NCBI GenBank assembly: GCA_031364805.1
Contig: JANLWW010000179.1
Coordinates: 3,159 to 67,158, forward strand
DNA length: 64,000 bases
Reading direction: 5' to 3'
From: Acidobacteriota bacterium
GTDB lineage: Bacteria > Acidobacteriota > Vicinamibacteria > Vicinamibacterales > UBA2999
The notes below the pieces were generated by a model. It made no database searches. It was given only the letters and a program-made list of their open reading frames with translations, and was not told where the DNA came from. The stretch's first letter is position 1. The number at the start of each line of letters is the position of its first letter. Positions 58,612-64,000 of this stretch are shown piece by piece. Both the position numbers and the translations under genes were made by a program.

Positions 58612-60053
58612 CGAGGCAGGGAACCGGGATCAGGGAACCGGGACCCGGCAAGGCCACGGCCGAGAAGCCGCGCATCCTGATCGTTGACGACGAGCAGTCG
58701 ATGCGCGAGTGGATGCGCCTGTTGTTTCAGCGCGACGGGTTCGAGGTGCTGACGGCCGGAGACGGCGAGAGCGCCCGCGACCTCGTGGCCCGCGAGTATC
58801 TCGACGTCGTGCTTACCGACATCCGCATGCCGCGGCTCGACGGCGTGCAGCTGCTCAAGGAGGTGCGCGAGCTGTCGCCCGATGCCGTGGTGCTGATGAT
58901 GACCGCGCACTGGACCCGCGACTCAATCGAGTGGGCCGAGGCGCGCGACCTGGGCGCCGAAGCGCTGTTCGAGAAGCCGTTTCGCGACGTCAACCTGGTG
59001 ACGATGCAAGTGCGCCAGTTGCTCGAGTCACGCCGGCTCCGCCACGAGAACGCGGTGCTGCGGCAGACGACCGCCGACCAGGGGTTTGCCGGAATCATTG
59101 GCCGCAGCGCGGTCATGCTCGAGGTCTTCCGCCTGGTCGAAACCGTGTGCCGGACCAACAGCACGATGTTGATTTCCGGTGAATCAGGCACCGGCAAGGA
59201 ACTGGTGGCGCGTGCCATGCACACGCTGTCGTTGCGCCGCGGACAGCCGTTCGTGGCAGTGAACTGCGGCGCCATGCCCGAAGCGCTGCTCGAATCGGAA
59301 CTCTTCGGCCATGTCCGCGGCGCCTTCACCGGCGCTGACAAGGACAAGAAGGGCCTGATCGAAGCCGCTGACGGCGGCACGGTGTTCCTCGACGAGATCG
59401 GCGAGATGCCGCCGACGATGCAGGTCAAGCTGCTGCGGGTGCTGCAAGAGCGCACCTACCGCCGTGTCGGCGGTACCGAAGAGTCACCCGCGAACATCCG
59501 CATTATCGCGGCGACCAACCGCGCGTTGCCGAAGCTCGTGAGCGAGGGCAAGTTTCGCGAGGACCTGTTCTATCGCCTCAACGTCATTCCCGTCACGCTG
59601 CCGCCACTGCGTGATCGGGCCGACGACATCCTGTTGATCGCTCAACATGTGCTGGCCAAGTACGCGCGCGAAATGGGCCGCACGATCGAGGGCTTCTCGC
59701 CCGAAGCCGCGGCGGCCCTGCGCGCCTATCAATGGCCAGGCAATGTCCGCGAACTCGAGAATGTCGTCGAACGCGCCGTGGCCCTGGAATCGGAGCCGCG
59801 CATCCAGTTTGGCACGCTCCCCGAGAACCTCCGCAGCGGTCGGCCGTCGACACCGGTTGGCGGCAGTAACGGGGGGGGCGAGGTCGATGCCGGTCCCGGC
59901 TTCAACCTCGAGCGGCACCTGCAAGACATCGAGCGCTCGCACCTAGAGCGGTCGCTCGAGCGCTGCGGGGGCGTGCAGACCAAGGCCGCCGACGTACTCG
60001 GTCTCAGCTTCCGGCAGTTCCGATATCTCGCCAAGAAGTACGGCTTGAAATGA
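58608..60053 (+). CDS. pilR: PilR-like sigma-54-dependent response regulator (NtrC family)
   Basis: REC domain (ILIVDDE...[10 protein letters not shown]), AAA+ domain with GESGTGKE and GAFTGA, and C-terminal Fis-type HTH ([24 protein letters not shown]). GTG start overlaps the pilS stop. Confidence 0.85.
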   Translation: MTRQGTGIREPGPGKATAEKPRILIVDDEQSMREWMRLLFQRDGFEVLTAGDGESARDLVAREYLDVVLTDIRMPRLDGVQLLKEVRELSPDAVVLMMTAHWTRDSIEWAEARDLGAEALFEKPFRDVNLVTMQVRQLLESRRLRHENAVLRQTTADQGFAGIIGRSAVMLEVFRLVETVCRTNSTMLISGESGTGKELVARAMHTLSLRRGQPFVAVNCGAMPEALLESELFGHVRGAFTGADKDKKGLIEAADGGTVFLDEIGEMPPTMQVKLLRVLQERTYRRVGGTEESPANIRIIAATNRALPKLVSEGKFREDLFYRLNVIPVTLPPLRDRADDILLIAQHVLAKYAREMGRTIEGFSPEAAAALRAYQWPGNVRELENVVERAVALESEPRIQFGTLPENLRSGRPSTPVGGSNGGGEVDAGPGFNLERHLQDIERSHLERSLERCGGVQTKAADVLGLSFRQFRYLAKKYGLK

Positions 60054-60057
60054 TGAC

Positions 60058-60115
60058 CCTGACAATTACTGACAGCCATGCCTGACAGTTCCTGTCACTT
60101 TTTGCAGCGTGTCAG
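60058..60115 (+). promoter_or_regulatory. candidate PilR upstream activating sites
   Basis: Five TGACA/TGTCA cores at 60060, 60070, 60083 (TGACA) and 60093, 60110 (TGTCA), spaced 10-17 nt apart. Includes the inverted pair CTGACAG-TTC-CTGTCAC. Lies about 100-150 nt upstream of the sigma-54 element. Confidence 0.4.
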
Positions 60116-60206
60116 CCCGTCTCAGCGCCTGTTTATCCACAGCGAATAACGATAACCCCATCTGTGACAGCGACTTGGTGCCGTCTACGGGCTACGGGCC
60201 CCAAGG

Positions 60207-60222
60207 TGGTACGGGGGTTGCT
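60207..60222 (+). promoter_or_regulatory. sigma-54 (-24/-12) promoter of pilA
   Basis: TGGTAC-GGGGG-TTGCT compared with the consensus TGGCAC-N5-TTGCW. About 100 nt upstream of the pilA ATG and downstream of a sigma-54 activator gene. Confidence 0.6.
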
Positions 60223-60319
60223 CTAGGAAGGGCCAGACGACGCCGCTCCAAAGCGGGCGGCGTCGACACCAACAGAATCACAGTCGGCAAACCTGCAACG
60301 TTTTTTGAGGAGAAGTATC

Positions 60320-60865
60320 ATGCGTATTCGTAACAACAAGGGCTTCACGCTTATCGAGCTGCTGATCGTCGTCGCGATCATCGGCATCATTGCGGCCATC
60401 GCGGTCCCCGGTCTGCTCCGCGCGAGGATGTCTGGCAACGAAGCCTCGGCCATTGGATCGCTACGCGCCATCAACAGCTCGCAGCAGGCGTATTCGTCGA
60501 GCTGCGCGAACGGCTTCTATGCCGCCGACATGACCGACCTCCTGCTGGTTCCCGCGACCGGCGGCGCGCCCTTCATCAGCCCGGACCTTGGCGCCGGTGC
60601 CAGCGTCGACAAGAGCGGCTACACGGTGACCATGGCTGCCGGCTCCGACGGCGCGGCGGCTACGCTTGATGCCTGCAACACTGTCGTGGCAGCGGACCTC
60701 ATCAGCACCTACTACGCGACGGCCGAACCGGTTTCGCCTGGTTCGAGCGGCACGCGCTACTTCTGGACCAACACGCTGGGCACCATCTACACGGACCCGG
60801 CTGCCGCCATCGGCGACACCGTTGGCAACTCGGCGCCCGCGGCCGGCCCGCTGCCGCTGCAATAG
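60320..60865 (+). CDS. pilA: type IVa major pilin PilA
   Basis: GAGGAG RBS. Prepilin leader MRIRNNKG/FTLIELLIVVAIIGIIAAIAVP with Glu+5. Two Cys in the globular domain. Confidence 0.85.
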   Translation: MRIRNNKGFTLIELLIVVAIIGIIAAIAVPGLLRARMSGNEASAIGSLRAINSSQQAYSSSCANGFYAADMTDLLLVPATGGAPFISPDLGAGASVDKSGYTVTMAAGSDGAAATLDACNTVVAADLISTYYATAEPVSPGSSGTRYFWTNTLGTIYTDPAAAIGDTVGNSAPAAGPLPLQ

Positions 60866-60883
60866 ACCGCAGGTTTCGCAAGG

Positions 60884-60915
60884 CGACGAGGTGCGATGCG
60901 AATCGCACCTCGTCG
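60884..60915 (+). terminator. rho-independent terminator after pilA
   Basis: Perfect 14-bp stem CGACGAGGTGCGAT / ATCGCACCTCGTCG with loop GCGA, followed by TTCGT. Starts 19 nt after the pilA stop. Confidence 0.7.
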
Positions 60916-60939
60916 TTCGTACAGGGTAGAATCCCCTCC

Positions 60940-62193
60940 ATGGCACGCCCCTTCCCGGACCCCACGAGCGCGACTGCGCCACCCAGGCTGATCTGGTTCG
61001 TGGTCTTCGCCTTGATCGGTCTGGCTGCTTCGTCGGCGTCGACGTGGGTGCACTTTCAGATCCTGAACGACCCCACCTACGCCAGCTTTTGTGACGTGAA
61101 CACGAGGTTCAGCTGCACCGAGGCATATTCCAGTCGCTACGGCTCGGTGGCCGGCGTGCCCGTGGCTGTGTTCGGTGTCATCTTCTTCGCGTTCGTGCTG
61201 GGCCTGGTGGCGCTCTGTTCACCGTCGGCGACCGCGGCCGGCAACCTTGCCGGCTACGTCTTTGCGGCGTCGACAATTGGCCTGGCGGTAGCCTTGTATC
61301 TTGCCTACGCGTCGTTCGTGATTCTCAAAGCGGTGTGCGTGTTGTGCGCGGGCACATACGTGGCCGTCATCGGGCTGTTCCTGCTGTCAGGATCGGCCAC
61401 CAGGTATCCCATGACCAGTCTCCCCATTCGTGCTCTTGGTGATCTGCGCCTCCTGTTCCGTACGCCGTCGGCATTGGCGGCGGCTGTCGCATTCGTGATG
61501 GCGGCGGGCGCCGCCGTGGCGTGGTTCCCTGGCCAATCGGTTGCGACCGTCTCGGCAGAGGCCGCGGCTGAAGGCCAGCCGGCGCCGCCGGCGGCCGCTC
61601 TCACCGCCGATCAGATCACGCAATTTGAGGCCTACCTCGCCCAGCAGCCGCGCGTACCGCTGATCGTCCCGAGCGAAGGCGCCGCGGTCGTGGTGGTCAA
61701 GTTCAACGACTACCAGTGCCCGCCGTGCCGGCAGACCTTCATGGAATACAAGCCGGTGTTTGCCAAGTGGGCCAAGGAGCAGCCGGGCAAGGTCCGCTAC
61801 CTGACCCGCGATTACCCTCTAGAGAGTCAGTGCAACACCTTCGTGACGCAGGACCTGCACCCCGCCGCCTGTGAAGCAGCGGTGGCGGTGCGGCTGGCGC
61901 GCGAAAAGGGCAAGGCCGAGGCGATGGAAGACTGGCTGTTCGCCAACCAGCCGTCGCTGACGCCGGCGAGCGTAAAATCGGCCGCCGCGACCATTGCCGG
62001 TGTCAATGACTTCGATGCGCGGCTGGCGGCGACTCTCGAACTGGTGAAGGCCGACATCGCGCTCGGCGCCGGCCTGAAGGTCTCGGGCACGCCGACCTTC
62101 TTCATGAACGGCCTGCGCCTGCCGGGCCTGCGCGCCGAGTATTTCGACGCGGCCATTGCCTGGGAGCTGCGGCGGGTCACCAGCGGCAAGTAA
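60940..62193 (+). CDS. vitamin K epoxide reductase (VKOR) - DsbA-like thioredoxin fusion protein
   Basis: N-terminal membrane domain with the loop Cys pair CDVNTRFSC and CVLC in a TM helix (VKOR pattern). C-terminal thioredoxin-fold domain with YQCPPCRQ. Confidence 0.8.
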   Translation: MARPFPDPTSATAPPRLIWFVVFALIGLAASSASTWVHFQILNDPTYASFCDVNTRFSCTEAYSSRYGSVAGVPVAVFGVIFFAFVLGLVALCSPSATAAGNLAGYVFAASTIGLAVALYLAYASFVILKAVCVLCAGTYVAVIGLFLLSGSATRYPMTSLPIRALGDLRLLFRTPSALAAAVAFVMAAGAAVAWFPGQSVATVSAEAAAEGQPAPPAAALTADQITQFEAYLAQQPRVPLIVPSEGAAVVVVKFNDYQCPPCRQTFMEYKPVFAKWAKEQPGKVRYLTRDYPLESQCNTFVTQDLHPAACEAAVAVRLAREKGKAEAMEDWLFANQPSLTPASVKSAAATIAGVNDFDARLAATLELVKADIALGAGLKVSGTPTFFMNGLRLPGLRAEYFDAAIAWELRRVTSGK

Positions 62194-63155
62194 TGTCCGC
62201 CGCGATCGAGACGGAGGGCCTCACCAAGGACTTCGCCGTTGGCTTCTGGCGTCCGCGTCCCTACCGTGCCCTCGACCAGCTGACCTTGCGGGTTGAGGCG
62301 GGCGAGGTCTTTGGTTTCCTCGGCCCGAACGGCGCGGGCAAGAGCACCACGCTCAAGCTGCTGATGCAGTTGCTGTATCCGAGCGCCGGCGAGGCTCGCA
62401 TTCTTGGGCGGCCCGTGGGGGATCCGGCCGTGCGTCAGCGCATTGGTTTTCTCGCTGAAAATCCGTATTACTACGACCACCTGACCGCCGAAGAACTGCT
62501 CGCGTATTTCGCGCGGCTGTTCGGCTATCGCGGCACTGACGTCGCGACCCGGGTCGCACGCGTGCTGGACGAAGTCGGCATCGGCAAGGAACGCCGGCTG
62601 CGACTTCGGCGCTTTTCAAAGGGCATGATTCAGCGCGTCGGCCTGGCGCAGGCGCTGCTCAACGATCCGGAAGTGGTGTTCCTAGACGAGCCGATGTCGG
62701 GTCTCGATCCGCTGGGGCGCCGTCACGTTCGCGACCTCATTCTCGGCCTGCGCGCCCGGGGCTGTACGGTATTTTTCAGTTCCCACATTCTGTCGGATGC
62801 CGAAACCCTGTGCAGCCGCGTCGGCGTGCTGGTGCAGGGAAAGCTGGCGGCATCGGGGCCGCTCTCAGAGATTCTCGCATTCGAGTTGAAGGGGTGGGAA
62901 CTGGTGGTGTCCGGGGTTGGCGACGCCCTCCGGCCGGACCTGGCGGCCATGGCACGAACGGTCACGCCCTTGAGCGACGGCCATGTGATGCTCCATCTGG
63001 CGCCCGACGCCGAACCGGATCGCGTGGTGGCGGAGCTGACCCGTCACGGCGCCCACATCGTGTCGCTCAATCCACTGCGCGAGACCCTCGAAGACTACTT
63101 CGTGCAGGTGGTGGGCGCGACGGCTGCGCGCGACCAGAGAGGCGTCGGTGCATGA
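62193..63155 (+). CDS. ABC transporter ATP-binding protein (ABC-2 type)
   Basis: Walker A GPNGAGKSTT, signature FSKGMIQRV, Walker B VVFLDEPMSGLD. The ATG shares its A with the upstream TAA stop (TAATG). Confidence 0.9.
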   Translation: MSAAIETEGLTKDFAVGFWRPRPYRALDQLTLRVEAGEVFGFLGPNGAGKSTTLKLLMQLLYPSAGEARILGRPVGDPAVRQRIGFLAENPYYYDHLTAEELLAYFARLFGYRGTDVATRVARVLDEVGIGKERRLRLRRFSKGMIQRVGLAQALLNDPEVVFLDEPMSGLDPLGRRHVRDLILGLRARGCTVFFSSHILSDAETLCSRVGVLVQGKLAASGPLSEILAFELKGWELVVSGVGDALRPDLAAMARTVTPLSDGHVMLHLAPDAEPDRVVAELTRHGAHIVSLNPLRETLEDYFVQVVGATAARDQRGVGA

Positions 63156-63958
63156 GGACGATCTGGATCGTCGCCGGCGCCGCGTTCAAGGAATCGGTCC
63201 GCGACCGGGTGCCGTACACCATGGTCGTGTTCGCGGTCCTGATGATTGCGGCGTCGTACTTAATCAGCGAACTCACGGCCGGCCAGGACCTCAAGATCAT
63301 CAAGGACCTGGGCCTGGCGGCGATGTCGATCTTCGGCCTGGTGATCGCCGTCTTCATTGGCATTGGCCTGGTCTCGAAAGAGGTCGAGCGCAAGAGCGTG
63401 TTCGGCTTGTTAACCAAGCCCGTCACCCGCACCCAGTTCATCCTCGGCAAGTACCTGGGGTTGGTGACGACCCTCACCGTGAACCTGACGGTGATGACCG
63501 TGGCCTACTACGCCGTGTTGTTCTACATGGATACGACGGCCACGCCGACCATGCGGGCAGGCTGGGCGGCGCCCGCCCTTGATCCGCGCCAGCTGGTCGC
63601 CATTGTCCTCGTCATGGGGGAGCTGGCACTCGTCACCGCGGTCGCCTTGCTGTTCTCGACCTTCTCCAGTCCGTTGCTGTCGGCGCTGCTCACTCTCGGG
63701 TTGTGGGTCGCCGGTCACTTCAACGGTGACTTGCGCCAGTTTGAGCAAGTGGTCGATCAGCCCGCCCTGGCCTGGCTCGCGAGAACTTTGTATTACGTCT
63801 TGCCCAACCTGGCCCCGTTCAACGTGAAGTCCGAGGTGGTCTACGGCATGCCGGTGTCGGCGTCGCAGGTCGGCTTCACCTTGCTGTACGCCGCGGTCTA
63901 CATCGCCGCGCTGTTGCTGGTGGCCGTGGCGATCTTCCGTCGCCGCGATTTCAAGTAG
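63152..63958 (+). CDS. ABC-2 family transporter permease
   Basis: ATG 63152 overlaps the ATPase stop (ATGA). Six hydrophobic segments. MRTIWIVAGAAFKESVRDRVPY start is typical of the ABC-2/NosY-like family. Confidence 0.75.
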   Translation: MRTIWIVAGAAFKESVRDRVPYTMVVFAVLMIAASYLISELTAGQDLKIIKDLGLAAMSIFGLVIAVFIGIGLVSKEVERKSVFGLLTKPVTRTQFILGKYLGLVTTLTVNLTVMTVAYYAVLFYMDTTATPTMRAGWAAPALDPRQLVAIVLVMGELALVTAVALLFSTFSSPLLSALLTLGLWVAGHFNGDLRQFEQVVDQPALAWLARTLYYVLPNLAPFNVKSEVVYGMPVSASQVGFTLLYAAVYIAALLLVAVAIFRRRDFK

Positions 63959-64000
63959 ATCGTGGCCATGTCAACCGCGGTGTCCAGCAAGTCAAGCCAG

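Noticed and set aside
60109-60333. 74-aa ORF overlapping the pilA promoter and start
   Set aside because: It spans the sigma-54 promoter and the pilA RBS, has no RBS of its own and has implausible composition. pilA in another frame is well supported.
63967-64000. ATG at 63967 opening MSTAVSSKSSQ... at the window edge
   Set aside because: Only 11 codons are visible, which is not enough to support a gene call.

Overview
GC-rich bacterial chromosomal segment (roughly two-thirds G+C by eye, not computed) with about 50 protein-coding genes on both strands. I found no rRNA, tRNA, CRISPR array, integrase, transposase or recognisable defence module. Gene content suggests an Acidobacteriota-like or related soil bacterium, which is an inference only: Oar-type TonB-dependent receptors with carboxypeptidase-regulatory N-termini, a Ser/Thr kinase fused to a PD40 propeller, orphan MacB/FtsX-type permeases, many exported hydrolases, and a pil cluster in the Myxococcus/Geobacter gene order.

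Modules from 5' to 3':
- End of an ABC exporter.
- An exported truncated haemoglobin.
- A decayed kinase-PD40 gene.
- Tat-exported SorA/SoxC-type sulfite dehydrogenase plus a monohaem cytochrome c.
- Oar-like receptor 1.
- A set of exported peptidases (PepP-like M24, M1, M28-like).
- A quinohaemoprotein PQQ alcohol dehydrogenase.
- An exported amidohydrolase/RidA/creatininase trio.
- An FG-GAP propeller fused to a class-A beta-lactamase-like domain.
- An alpha/beta hydrolase.
- A divergent sulfotransferase, followed by a translationally coupled cluster of four alkaline-phosphatase-superfamily enzymes around an RHH-like mini-protein and a membrane protein.
- Oar-like receptor 2.
- cysD-cysNC-tauE (PAPS synthesis).
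- A TatT/TRAP-transporter deletion scar.
- A winged-helix/TPR regulator.
- An EF-G paralog.
- Yip1-MacA and three ATPase-less MacB-like permeases.
- A type IV pilus cluster (OMP, pilB, pilT, pilC, pilS, pilR, pilA), followed by a VKOR-DsbA fusion and an ABC-2 transporter.

The best candidate for an undescribed system is the 23.3-33.0 kb AlkP-superfamily cluster, which shares an LGY peptide motif across three proteins. I rate it moderately, not strongly. Other notable points are GCGAACN heptamer arrays flanking pilB, a 28-nt hairpin repeat present twice about 39.6 kb apart, and two cases of gene decay. All calls rest on reading the translations and the sequence; no database search was possible.
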